From Fidelibacterota bacterium TCS52 (GTDB lineage Bacteria > Fidelibacterota > Fidelibacteria > Fidelibacterales > Fidelibacteraceae), in contig LSCC01000029.1 of NCBI GenBank assembly GCA_001577215.1, forward strand, positions 1 through 63,134: 63,134 nt of DNA, given 5' to 3'. The notes under the pieces were generated by a model. That model made no database searches and was not told where the DNA came from. It saw only the letters and a program-made list of their open reading frames with translations. Below are positions 27,490 through 36,936 of this stretch, one piece after another (position 1 is the stretch's first letter; the number at the start of each line of letters is the position of its first letter). The position numbers and the translations under genes are program-made.

Positions 27490-28596
27490 TTGCATATAAA
27501 ATATTTTAAAAATAATTTTCCCGTTGTAAAAAAGATTTTGTTTATCATTGTAATTATATTTGCAGTAATTACTTTTTTGATAGTTAATATAATAAATAAT
27601 AGAATTGAAAAACAACACAAAAACATTGAACTTAGGTCACTTGTTTATGAAAAAATTATTCCATCACTTAATTCAAAATTATTTGATTTTAAATTGCAAA
27701 GTTCACGAATGGACAGTGTCAATAATATTAAATATTATAGTTATATTTACAAAAGTGATTCCACAGGTATTGAAAATATTAATAAATTAATAAAATATTT
27801 AAATATAAAAAATTTGGCTTTCAAATATTGTGAATTAAAAAAATGTAAATATATTATTAAAATTCTTGATAATAAGAATGAACCATTTGTAATAATAAGA
27901 TTAAGTACATCCAAAAAAGTAAAGGGAAAAATAGCTCTAATTATTGATGATTTTGGATATTTTGACAATGATTTATCTGATAGTTTTTTCAATTTGCCAA
28001 AGGAAATAACCTTTTCAGTTATTCCAGGACATCAATTTTCAAAAATATTAGCAAGAAAAATAGATAAGTTAAATCATAATTTATTGATTCATTTACCAAT
28101 GGAACCAATAGATTATAAAGGCGACGAAAAACAATATATCATTATGACTGAAATGAATAGTTATGAAATAGAAAATAGAATAGATAAAGCAATTAATGAT
28201 TTACCTCAGGCAATTGGTATTAATAATCATATGGGTTCAAAATCAACTTCAGATTTAGTAACAATGAATAAAGTTGCTAATACTATTAAAAACAAAGATT
28301 TATTATTTGTTGATTCTTTTACATTTAAAAATTCTATTGCATATAAAGTTATGAAAAAACATGATATTCCAACCGCTAAAAGAGATATTTTTATTGATAA
28401 TGAAAATGATTCAGAATATATTTCCCAACAGATAGATAAATTGGTTCAGCTTGCTATTAAAAATGGGAAAGCGATTGGAATTGGACATGGAAGAAAAAAT
28501 ACTTTATTAATGTTACAGAAAAAAATACCTGATATTATTTCAAATGGTATAGTATTGGTATCAATATCGGAATATCTATATAAAACTGCGAATTAA
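27490..28596 (+). CDS. Divergent polysaccharide deacetylase (YibQ-like), N-terminally membrane-anchored
   Basis: TTG start. TM helix ILFIIVIIFAVITFLIV. KIALIIDDFGY...ITFSVIPG...LIHLPMEP...GINNHMGS blocks are typical of the YibQ family. Confidence 0.8.
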   Translation: MHIKYFKNNFPVVKKILFIIVIIFAVITFLIVNIINNRIEKQHKNIELRSLVYEKIIPSLNSKLFDFKLQSSRMDSVNNIKYYSYIYKSDSTGIENINKLIKYLNIKNLAFKYCELKKCKYIIKILDNKNEPFVIIRLSTSKKVKGKIALIIDDFGYFDNDLSDSFFNLPKEITFSVIPGHQFSKILARKIDKLNHNLLIHLPMEPIDYKGDEKQYIIMTEMNSYEIENRIDKAINDLPQAIGINNHMGSKSTSDLVTMNKVANTIKNKDLLFVDSFTFKNSIAYKVMKKHDIPTAKRDIFIDNENDSEYISQQIDKLVQLAIKNGKAIGIGHGRKNTLLMLQKKIPDIISNGIVLVSISEYLYKTAN

Positions 28597-28676
28597 TAAA
28601 AATTACTTGACAAAGTTGAAAAATATTATTAACTTAAATTAGTAAAATAGAATTTAGTGTAAAATGAGAAAAAGTT

Positions 28677-29594
28677 ATGAGTAATAAGAAATATATTTTG
28701 TTTATTGAAAATGGTTCTGAAATGCAAGAAATGCATTTAAATTGGAAACATTTTATTAGTATTTTCATTGTAATTTTTGTTTTGCTTTCAATTTCTGTAT
28801 TTGGGGTGTCCAAAATATTTTCAAAATTTCAATATCAAAAAAAAATTGCTAAAGCGTATAAAGAAAATGACAATTTAGAATTGTCGTTAAATTTAATGCA
28901 AAAAAAAGTATCTGAACTAAATAAGAAGATCAATAATATTAAAGAAAAAGATAAAGCAATTCGTCTTTACTCAAATTTACCTGAAAACGACATTAATATT
29001 GATGAATTAGGAACAGGTGGTAGGGTTAATAGAAAATTATTTGTTGGAAACGAAAATTCACAAAAAGCAACGAAATTGGTAAATGTTGATAAAAGTCTAA
29101 CTCGAATATCAAAAGAACTACAATCTGCATTAATTAGTTACGAAAATCTTACGGAAATTTTAAAAAGAAAAAAACAAAAACTTGATGCTACACCGACAAT
29201 TGCTCCGTTAAAAAATAATGCCTATATTTCTTCTTCTTATGGGAAAAGAGTGGATCCATTTACTGGGCGTATAGGAATGCATGATGGAATTGATTTTGCT
29301 ACAAGAAGTGGTAATTCAATTTATGCTACTGCAGATGGAAAAGTGAAATATGCCAAATATATTGGGGGATATGGATATACTGTCAAAATTATTAATGGAT
29401 TTGGTTATAGTACAATTTTTGGTCATATGAGTAAAATGAAAGTGAAAAAAGGACAGAGTGTAAAACGAGGTGATCTTATAGGATATGTTGGTAATACAGG
29501 TAGATCTACCGGTCCACATTTACATTATGAAATAAGATATAAAAGCCAATCAGTAAATCCAATAAAGTATATGTGGATTAGAAAAAAACTATAA
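28677..29594 (+). CDS. M23-family metallopeptidase (intact LytM active site), membrane-anchored with a coiled coil
   Basis: HxxxD (MHDGID) and HxH (GPHLHYEI) zinc ligands are present. N-terminal TM helix. Confidence 0.85.
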   Translation: MSNKKYILFIENGSEMQEMHLNWKHFISIFIVIFVLLSISVFGVSKIFSKFQYQKKIAKAYKENDNLELSLNLMQKKVSELNKKINNIKEKDKAIRLYSNLPENDINIDELGTGGRVNRKLFVGNENSQKATKLVNVDKSLTRISKELQSALISYENLTEILKRKKQKLDATPTIAPLKNNAYISSSYGKRVDPFTGRIGMHDGIDFATRSGNSIYATADGKVKYAKYIGGYGYTVKIINGFGYSTIFGHMSKMKVKKGQSVKRGDLIGYVGNTGRSTGPHLHYEIRYKSQSVNPIKYMWIRKKL

Positions 29595-29620
29595 ATTAAA
29601 TTTTTATGAATATTATTTTT

Positions 29621-29652
29621 AATGCTTGTAAAGATCTTTGCAAGCATTTTTT
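29621..29652 (+). terminator. Intrinsic terminator after the M23 peptidase gene
   Basis: Near-perfect inverted repeat AATGCTTGTAAAGA/TCTTTGCAAGCATT (one G-U pair), followed by TTTTTTAATTTT. Confidence 0.75.
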
Positions 29653-29670
29653 AATTTTAAAAAATAGGTA

Positions 29671-30729
29671 ATGATGTTAAGATCAATTAGAATTATTTTA
29701 CTTTTAAATTTTGTATTATCTCAAATATTATTTGCTATACAAAAAGATGCATCGTTATCCGATAGTAATTTCACATTCACTGTAAGTTGTGTTGGTGATA
29801 TTATGTTAGGAACCTCATTCCCACAGAATTATTTACCACCCAATGATGGAAAAGATATACTCAGAAATGTAACAAAAATTATAGATAATAGTGATATTGC
29901 GATTGGCAATTTAGAAGGGTGTATAGCTGATAGCGGTAAAACAACAAAATGCGATAGTAGTGAAAATTGTTATGTGTTTAGAATGCCAATAAAATATGGA
30001 GATTTGCTGAAAAGGGCGGGATTTGATTTGCTATCCATTGCAAATAATCATATTAATGATTTTGGTGTTTATGGTCGTAAATCTACAATTAACGCATTAG
30101 ATAATTTAAATATTGGATGGTCCGGTCCACCAAAAACTTATGCAGAATTACAAAATGCAGATGTTAAAGTTGCTTTTATTGCCTTTTGTCCATATAGTCA
30201 TTCTAATGATCTAAGAAAAATAGAACAATCAAAAAAAATAATTAAAAATTTATCACAAAAATATGATGTGATAATTGTATCTTTTCACGGTGGAGCCGAA
30301 GGTGAAGATGCTTTGAGAGTTTCTGATACAACTGAATATTATTATGAAGAAAATCGTGGAAACTTGAAAAAATTCACTCATGCTGTAATCGATGCCGGAG
30401 CTGATCTTATTTTTGGGCATGGTCCGCATGTATTGAGAGGAATGGAAGTATATAAAAGTAGATTAATTGCATATTCACTTGGTAATTTTGCAACATATAA
30501 GAGATTTGATCTTGATGGTAATTTGGGTAAATCAGCAATTTTAAAAGTATCTTTAGATAAGAATGGGCGACTTGTATCAGGAAAAATTATTCCAATAAAG
30601 CAAAATTATCCGGGAATTCCTGTAATCGATAGATCAAATTATTCATTAAAATTAATAAATAAATTGTCTAATGATGATTTCCCAAATAGTGGAATAAAAA
30701 TAGATTCTAATGGAATATTTATTAAATAA
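29671..30729 (+). CDS. CapA-family protein (PGA_cap metallophosphatase-like), secreted
   Basis: Signal peptide. VGDIMLG..., ANNH, HGG.E and GHGPH motifs characteristic of the CapA/PgsA family. Confidence 0.85.
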   Translation: MMLRSIRIILLLNFVLSQILFAIQKDASLSDSNFTFTVSCVGDIMLGTSFPQNYLPPNDGKDILRNVTKIIDNSDIAIGNLEGCIADSGKTTKCDSSENCYVFRMPIKYGDLLKRAGFDLLSIANNHINDFGVYGRKSTINALDNLNIGWSGPPKTYAELQNADVKVAFIAFCPYSHSNDLRKIEQSKKIIKNLSQKYDVIIVSFHGGAEGEDALRVSDTTEYYYEENRGNLKKFTHAVIDAGADLIFGHGPHVLRGMEVYKSRLIAYSLGNFATYKRFDLDGNLGKSAILKVSLDKNGRLVSGKIIPIKQNYPGIPVIDRSNYSLKLINKLSNDDFPNSGIKIDSNGIFIK

Positions 30730-30791
30730 TATAATTTGTTATTTTATCGCAGATGTACTGAAAAACTGTCCTTTTATCTCGATCTCTTGAC

Positions 30792-31400
30792 TCAAAAAAA
30801 TAACCAGTTCTCTTTAATTATCTTCCCAAACAAATCAGAACACTTTTTTAAATTTTTATTGAATGAATTAGTAGCATTATCATTTGCATTGTCAGAAATA
30901 ATTTTAATAATATTAATAGGTATTTTTTTCTTAATTGCTTTTTCTGTAATAAAATAACCTTCCATATCTACAACATCATATTTATTTTGATTATTAATTG
31001 TATCCTTTACAGTATTATTAATTATCGGTTTTGCAACTGTTAACAAGTTAACATTTTTACCATTAATATTATTGTAAATCGAAATATCGAATGATTTCAA
31101 ATTATTTTCAAGAAATATATTTTTTACATTTACAATTCCTAATATTTTTAAATAATCTTTTAATGCACCAACTGTACCAAAATTATAGATAAATTCAGGA
31201 GTATATTTTTGTAGATAATAATCTAAAGCTTTGACAGTTGAATCTCTTCCGATTCCGGTTTGTAATAAATGTAATTTTTTATTTTTAAATTCCAATTCCA
31301 TTAGTAGAATATTTTTATCAACATTATCTGTTTTAATAATTTTTGTAAAACTTAAAATATTTTTATATTCTGATTTGTGGGCAAATGTTAATAATTTCAT
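30792..31400 (-). CDS. Nucleoside phosphorylase-superfamily protein (MTA/SAH nucleosidase- or futalosine hydrolase-like)
   Basis: LLQTGIGRDSTVKAL, NFGTVGAL, VVDMEGYFI and IIKIISDNAND align with the E. coli MtnN blocks LLKSGIGKVAAA, NTGSAGGL, AVEMEATAI and VVRAISDVAD. Confidence 0.7.
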   Translation of the reverse strand: MKLLTFAHKSEYKNILSFTKIIKTDNVDKNILLMELEFKNKKLHLLQTGIGRDSTVKALDYYLQKYTPEFIYNFGTVGALKDYLKILGIVNVKNIFLENNLKSFDISIYNNINGKNVNLLTVAKPIINNTVKDTINNQNKYDVVDMEGYFITEKAIKKKIPINIIKIISDNANDNATNSFNKNLKKCSDLFGKIIKENWLFF

Positions 31401-31537
31401 TTTAGATTTTCTATATACTTTTTCATTTATACTCTTCTATTTTAATACAATATAATTTATGAATATTTCTATAAGAGTGAAATAAAAATAATAGATAAAA
31501 TTCTTGAATATTATATAATGAACAAGTAAATTTAGGT

Positions 31538-32731
31538 ATGAATTGGATGCGATTATTAATAGGAATAGTTTTACTGTCTATTTCACAATCAATATTTTGT
31601 GAAAGTATATCTGATTATAACCGTAAGATTAAAAATAGAAATAGGGAATTACAGAATATTGAAAATGAGATCAGCATATTAAGACAAGGTATTCAAAATG
31701 AAAGACAAGCAGAGAGTTCATTATTTGAGCAATTGAATCAGACAGAGCGTGAAATATCATTAACAAATAAAAAAATTACTACCCAAAAGGAAAAATTAGA
31801 ATTACAAAAGAATAAGTTAAAAGCATTGAAATCAAAAAAAAACTATCAAGTAGTTCAAAAAGAAAATTTGAAAGAAAGGTATAAGAATAGAGTTAGACGT
31901 TTTTATAAGAATTATAATGATGATGTTTATTCATTTATTTTTAATTCGGATAATATGAATGAATTATTTTATCGTTTAAAGTATTTTCAAATCATTAATG
32001 AGATAGATAAGAAATTATATGATAAAATAAAATTTTTAATAAGTGATATTGAAAATAAAACAGTTCAAATCTATGATGGGAAAAAAGAGATAATAAAAAC
32101 AATAAATGAATTAAAATATGAAGATGTTAATCTTCAAAGAATGAAAAGTAAACGTACCAATAGTTTGGCTAAAGTTAAGAAAAATCGATTAGCATTAATG
32201 GAATCGTTAAAGAATAAAGAAGAATCTCTTCAGAAAATAAAGGATATGATAAGTAAAATTGAAAAAAACAAAGAAAAGTATTTAGCAGAATTAAAAAGAC
32301 AAAGGGAATTAGAAGCGAGAAAGAGAAAAAAAAGTTATGCAAAAGGACAAATACCCTGGCCCGTTTATGGTCCTGTAATAAGTAAATTTGGAAAGGAAGT
32401 ACATCCTGGATTAAAAACCGTTACAGAAAATCCGGGTATTGATATTCAAGCAAAGAAAGGAACAGGTGTAATATCTGTAATGGATGGAATGGTAACATCA
32501 GTTACATGGTTACGTGGATATGGAAATACAGTTATTATTTTTCATGAAAATGGTTTTTTTACAGTATACTCTCATGTTGATGGAATTAAAATAAAAGAAA
32601 ACGACTATGTAAAATCCGGCCAAACAATAGCAGAAGTAAGTGATAGTGGATCTGTAAAAGGTGATATGCTTCATTTTGAAATATGGGATGAAAAACAAAA
32701 TTTAAATCCGGAAACTTGGTTAAAAAGATAG
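31538..32731 (+). CDS. EnvC-like murein hydrolase activator (coiled coil plus a degenerate LytM/M23 domain)
   Basis: Signal peptide, a ~250-aa coiled coil, and a C-terminal M23 fold. The zinc ligands are replaced (NPGID in place of HxxxD; MLHFE in place of HxH), as in E. coli EnvC. Confidence 0.8.
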   Translation: MNWMRLLIGIVLLSISQSIFCESISDYNRKIKNRNRELQNIENEISILRQGIQNERQAESSLFEQLNQTEREISLTNKKITTQKEKLELQKNKLKALKSKKNYQVVQKENLKERYKNRVRRFYKNYNDDVYSFIFNSDNMNELFYRLKYFQIINEIDKKLYDKIKFLISDIENKTVQIYDGKKEIIKTINELKYEDVNLQRMKSKRTNSLAKVKKNRLALMESLKNKEESLQKIKDMISKIEKNKEKYLAELKRQRELEARKRKKSYAKGQIPWPVYGPVISKFGKEVHPGLKTVTENPGIDIQAKKGTGVISVMDGMVTSVTWLRGYGNTVIIFHENGFFTVYSHVDGIKIKENDYVKSGQTIAEVSDSGSVKGDMLHFEIWDEKQNLNPETWLKR

Positions 32732-32765
32732 AAATATTAATAAAAGATAAATAATAGGTAAAGTA

Positions 32766-34193
32766 GTGAAAGAAAAAACAAGACAAATATTAATTAAAAT
32801 TTATGAAAAACAATTTAAAGAAAAAGTAAAAAATATTTCAAAATTAGCTCGTTCTGGTTCTAATAGGGAATATTATCGTATAAGAAGTGATAACAATTCG
32901 GCAATTGGTGTTTATAATTCTGATAAAAAAGAAAATATTGCTTTTATTGAATTCACAAAACATTTTTTAGAAAACGATTTAAATGCTCCGAAAATCTATC
33001 AATCTGATTTGAAGAAAAATGTTTATCTTGAGGAAGATCTGGGTGATAAAACACTTTTCGAATTTTTGTCTAATGTCTATCAAAAGGGAATATTTCCACA
33101 AAATTTAATTGATCTTTATAAAAACATTTTAACCATACTTCCAAAAATTCAGATAAATGTTGATAAAAAAATAGATTATTCTAAATGCTATCCTCGCAAG
33201 TCATTTGACCGTCAATCTATGATGTGGGATCTAAATTATTTTAAATATTATTTTTTAAAATTAGTAAAAGTTTCATTTGATGAACAATTATTAGAGGATG
33301 ATTTTCAAAAGTTTTGTGATTATTTATTAGATGTTGAAAATAATTTCTTTTTATATAGGGATTTCCAATCGCGAAACATTATGTTGAAAGATAACAAAAT
33401 TTATTTTATTGATTATCAAGGTGGTAGAAAAGGAGCATTGCAATATGATGTTGCATCTTTACTTTATGATGCAAAGGCAAATATTCCAGATCATATTCGT
33501 GAAGAATTATTGAAACATTATATTAATAAATTACAGAATTATGTTAAAATTGATGAACAAAAATTTGTTAAGCAATATTACGGATATGTTTTAATAAGAA
33601 TAATGCAGGCAATGGGTGCTTATGGATTTAGAGGATTTTATGAACGAAAAGAACACTTTTTGAAAAGTATTCCTTATGCAATAAAAAACTTGAAATTCAT
33701 TTTAAAAAATATTGACTTACCGATTGAAATACCAATTTTGATGGAAGCATTGAATAATGTAGTAGAATCAAAATATCTAAAAAAAATTGGTAATAAAAAA
33801 AATAATTTACAAGTTCGTATAAATAGTTTTGCATATAAAAAAGGGATTCCCGGAGATGCAAAAGGCAATGGTGGCGGATTTGTTTTTGATTGTAGGGGAA
33901 TTTTAAATCCCGGAAGAATTGATGAATATAAAAATATGATCGGGAAAGATAAAATTGTACAAGAGTTTTTAGAAAATGAAACTGAGATAAATGATTTTCT
34001 AACAAATGCTTTTGTTTTAGTGGATAAAACAGTTGAAAATTATATAAGTAGAAATTTTACAGATTTGCTAGTTAATTTTGGTTGTACAGGAGGGCAACAT
34101 CGTTCTGTTTATTGTGCTGAAAAATTATCAAAACATTTGGAAAATAAATTTGATATCTCAGTAAATTTAAATCATAGAGAACTCGAGAGTTAA
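32766..34193 (+). CDS. Fusion protein: APH-fold sugar kinase domain (AmgK-like MurNAc/GlcNAc anomeric kinase) plus a RapZ-type C-terminal domain
   Basis: GTG start. Kinase motifs YRDFQSRNIML, FIDYQGG and YDVASLLYDA. From about residue 347, FAYKKGIP, FVFDCRGILNPG and FGCTGGQHRSVYCAEKL match the RapZ/YvcJ C-terminal blocks. There is no Walker A motif. Confidence 0.8.
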   Translation: MKEKTRQILIKIYEKQFKEKVKNISKLARSGSNREYYRIRSDNNSAIGVYNSDKKENIAFIEFTKHFLENDLNAPKIYQSDLKKNVYLEEDLGDKTLFEFLSNVYQKGIFPQNLIDLYKNILTILPKIQINVDKKIDYSKCYPRKSFDRQSMMWDLNYFKYYFLKLVKVSFDEQLLEDDFQKFCDYLLDVENNFFLYRDFQSRNIMLKDNKIYFIDYQGGRKGALQYDVASLLYDAKANIPDHIREELLKHYINKLQNYVKIDEQKFVKQYYGYVLIRIMQAMGAYGFRGFYERKEHFLKSIPYAIKNLKFILKNIDLPIEIPILMEALNNVVESKYLKKIGNKKNNLQVRINSFAYKKGIPGDAKGNGGGFVFDCRGILNPGRIDEYKNMIGKDKIVQEFLENETEINDFLTNAFVLVDKTVENYISRNFTDLLVNFGCTGGQHRSVYCAEKLSKHLENKFDISVNLNHRELES

Positions 34194-34200
34194 TAATTAT

Positions 34201-34947
34201 ATGAAAGCAATGATATTAGCAGCTGGCTATGGTACTCGACTAAAACCGATTACAAATAATATTCCCAAAGCACTGGTTGAAGTTAATAATATTACCCTTT
34301 TGGAAAATGCAATAAAAACGATCACAAAATTTGATTTTAATGATATAATAATTAATGTTCATCACTTTGCTGAAAAAATGAGAACATTTATAAGTGAAAA
34401 TAATTTTTCTGCAAACATTTCAATTTCAGATGAGGATGAGATATTGTTGGATACAGGTGGTGGTTTAAAAAATGTTCATTGGTTTTTTGATAAAGAACCA
34501 TTTTTGTTATTTAATGTTGATGTTGTATCTGATATAAATTTAAGTAAAATGATGAAATTTCATAAAAGATCGGATGCCTTAGTTACATTAGCTATTCGAA
34601 AACGAAGATCATCGAAATATTTGTTGTTTAATGAAGGTAACAAATTAGTTGGTTGGAAAAATCAGAAAAATGGTGAAGAGAAAATTGTAAAGGAAATGAA
34701 GAACTTTTTGAAGGAAATGGCATTTAGTGGGATTCATATTATTGAACCAAAAATATTTGAATTAATGCCAAAAGAAAACAAATTTTCTATCATTGAATTA
34801 TATTTAAATTTAGCAAATAATTATTTGATACAAGGTTTTGACCATTCCGATTCACAGTGGATAGATGCAGGGAAAAAGCATGGGTTGATTCAAGCAAGGG
34901 AAATGATGGTTAATAGCAATGAACGAAAAATGAACAATATAAAATAG
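34201..34947 (+). CDS. murU: MurU-like N-acetylmuramate-1-phosphate uridylyltransferase (sugar-1-P nucleotidyltransferase)
   Basis: ILAAGYGTRLKPITNNIPKALV signature. ~250 aa with no beta-helix tail. It is 7 nt downstream of the AmgK-like gene, which is the canonical amgK-murU pairing. Specificity is inferred from context. Confidence 0.7.
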   Translation: MKAMILAAGYGTRLKPITNNIPKALVEVNNITLLENAIKTITKFDFNDIIINVHHFAEKMRTFISENNFSANISISDEDEILLDTGGGLKNVHWFFDKEPFLLFNVDVVSDINLSKMMKFHKRSDALVTLAIRKRRSSKYLLFNEGNKLVGWKNQKNGEEKIVKEMKNFLKEMAFSGIHIIEPKIFELMPKENKFSIIELYLNLANNYLIQGFDHSDSQWIDAGKKHGLIQAREMMVNSNERKMNNIK

Positions 34948-35020
34948 ATATTAGTAAAACAAGGAAGCATGCTTCATTTTCAAAGAACAAAAGAGAAAAA
35001 TTTATAAAAGGTGATAAAAT

Positions 35021-36052
35021 ATGAAAATAATTGATTTGAGAAGTGATACCGTTACTCAACCGACAAAAGCAATGCGAAAAGTAATTGCAAATGCAGTTGT
35101 TGGTGATGATGTTTTGGGAGATGATATTACTGTTAATAATTTGCAAGATCGAATTGCTCGAATGTTTGAAATGGAAGCAGGTCTTTTTATGGCAAGTGGA
35201 ACGATGAGCAATCAAATAGCAATTGCAATTCAAACACAACCGGGAACTGAAATTATTTGTGATAAAAATGCTCATATTTATGTTTATGAAAGTGCTGCTC
35301 CATCAATAATATCTGGTGTGCAAATCAAACCGTTAGATTGTGGAGATGAAATTTTCAATCTGGAAATGCTTGAAAAAAATATATCAAAATGGGATGATAT
35401 TCATCATGCACCCACAACCTTAATTGCAGTTGAAAATACAAATAATAAAGCCGGTGGCATTATTCTTTCTTTGGAAAAATTAAAAGGTATAAAAAAAATT
35501 GCAGATAAAAATAATATACCTTTGCATCTTGACGGAGCGAGAATTTGGAATGCTCATATAAGCACCGGAGTTTCATTTAAAGAATATGGAAAATATTTTG
35601 ATACAATAAGTGTGTGTTTTAGTAAAGGATTGGGAGCACCGGTCGGGTCAATGTTGTTAGGAACAAAAAGACATATAGAAAAAGCATTGAGAAAACGAAA
35701 ACAACTTGGTGGGGGAATGCGACAAATTGGTTTGTTAGCTGCAGCAGTGGATTATGCACTTAATAATAATTTAGAAAAGATGAAAGATGATCATAGGCAT
35801 GCAAGGTATTTTGCTGAAGAGGTTAATAAAATATCCGGTTTTGAAATCAATTTAAAAAATGTTCAATCCAATATTGTGATAATAAAAGTTGGTAAAGATA
35901 ATGCAGAAAAAATTACTAATAAATTAGAAAAATTTGGTTTGAAGTCGTTATCATTAAGTGATTCAATTATTAGAGTCGTTTTTCATCTTCACATAAATGA
36001 TGATGATACAGAAGATGCTATAAAAATATTTAAAAAAATAAAAAATATATAG
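35021..36052 (+). CDS. ltaE: Low-specificity L-threonine aldolase (PLP-dependent, beta-eliminating lyase family)
   Basis: [13 protein letters not shown]-terminus, [19 protein letters not shown] and the [11 protein letters not shown] (PLP Lys) blocks. Confidence 0.85.
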   Translation: MKIIDLRSDTVTQPTKAMRKVIANAVVGDDVLGDDITVNNLQDRIARMFEMEAGLFMASGTMSNQIAIAIQTQPGTEIICDKNAHIYVYESAAPSIISGVQIKPLDCGDEIFNLEMLEKNISKWDDIHHAPTTLIAVENTNNKAGGIILSLEKLKGIKKIADKNNIPLHLDGARIWNAHISTGVSFKEYGKYFDTISVCFSKGLGAPVGSMLLGTKRHIEKALRKRKQLGGGMRQIGLLAAAVDYALNNNLEKMKDDHRHARYFAEEVNKISGFEINLKNVQSNIVIIKVGKDNAEKITNKLEKFGLKSLSLSDSIIRVVFHLHINDDDTEDAIKIFKKIKNI

Positions 36053-36060
36053 AGGAAAAG

Positions 36061-36888
36061 ATGAATAAAAAATTAATTAATAGAATTTTTGTTTCTGTAA
36101 TTTCGGTACCGATATTAATTTTATTGGTTTATATTGGTAAAATTTATTATTTGGTATTTATTATTATTGTTATTGGATTGTCATTATGGGAATTATTAAA
36201 ATTAACAAAATTTCCATCAATATTTTTAAAAATCAGCACTATTCTTATTGCTTCACTGAGTGTTGTTTCACTTTATTATAATAAATTCGAATATGTAGTT
36301 TTATTAATGTTACTTTTATTTTCGATAAATTCCATAATTTTAATGCTTTTTTATAAGAAAAATTTTATTAATAATTTATATTTGGGAATTGGTGCTTTTA
36401 TTTATCCCGCGTTAAGTATTAGTGCCTTGGTTTTAATTAGAGAATTTCCAAAATTGATCTCTGTTCCTTATAATACAGGTTGGTTACTGGGAATTCTATT
36501 GTTCCTCGGTATTTGGATTTGTGATTGTTGTGCATATTTCTTTGGAATGGCTTATGGGAAAAATAAAATTTATCCTTCTGTTAGTCCAAATAAATCTTGG
36601 GAAGGTACAATTGCTGGAATTTTTGGAAGTTTAATTGTTTATCTAATTGCATTTAAATTTAATGTGATAAATTTCTTTAATTTTTGGGATTATCTAGCAA
36701 TGGCATTAATTACAGGTATTTTTGGTCAATTAGGAGATTTTGTAGAATCGAAAATAAAGAGAACTATCGATGTAAAAGATTCGTCTAATTTATTAATGGA
36801 GCATGGAGGAGTTTTAGATAGATTCGATTCTTTAGCTTTAGCAGCTCCGATATTTTTGTTATATTTATATTTGCGATTTGTAAATTAA
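36061..36888 (+). CDS. cdsA: Phosphatidate cytidylyltransferase
   Basis: Polytopic membrane protein. C-terminal signature SKIKRTIDVKDSSNLLMEHGGVLDRFDS. Confidence 0.9.
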   Translation: MNKKLINRIFVSVISVPILILLVYIGKIYYLVFIIIVIGLSLWELLKLTKFPSIFLKISTILIASLSVVSLYYNKFEYVVLLMLLLFSINSIILMLFYKKNFINNLYLGIGAFIYPALSISALVLIREFPKLISVPYNTGWLLGILLFLGIWICDCCAYFFGMAYGKNKIYPSVSPNKSWEGTIAGIFGSLIVYLIAFKFNVINFFNFWDYLAMALITGIFGQLGDFVESKIKRTIDVKDSSNLLMEHGGVLDRFDSLALAAPIFLLYLYLRFVN

Positions 36889-36936
36889 TTGTTTAAATTA
36901 CGCATGAGTTTTTGACAAAATAATTGAGGTGTTAAA

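Noticed and set aside
30736-30957. 73-aa plus-strand ORF after the CapA gene
   Set aside because: It overlaps the 3' end of the minus-strand nucleosidase-like gene, which has recognisable motifs. The ORF has no RBS.
34910-35275. 121-aa minus-strand ORF
   Set aside because: It is antisense to the ltaE start and the murU end. The composition is Cys/Ile/Asn-rich and not protein-like.
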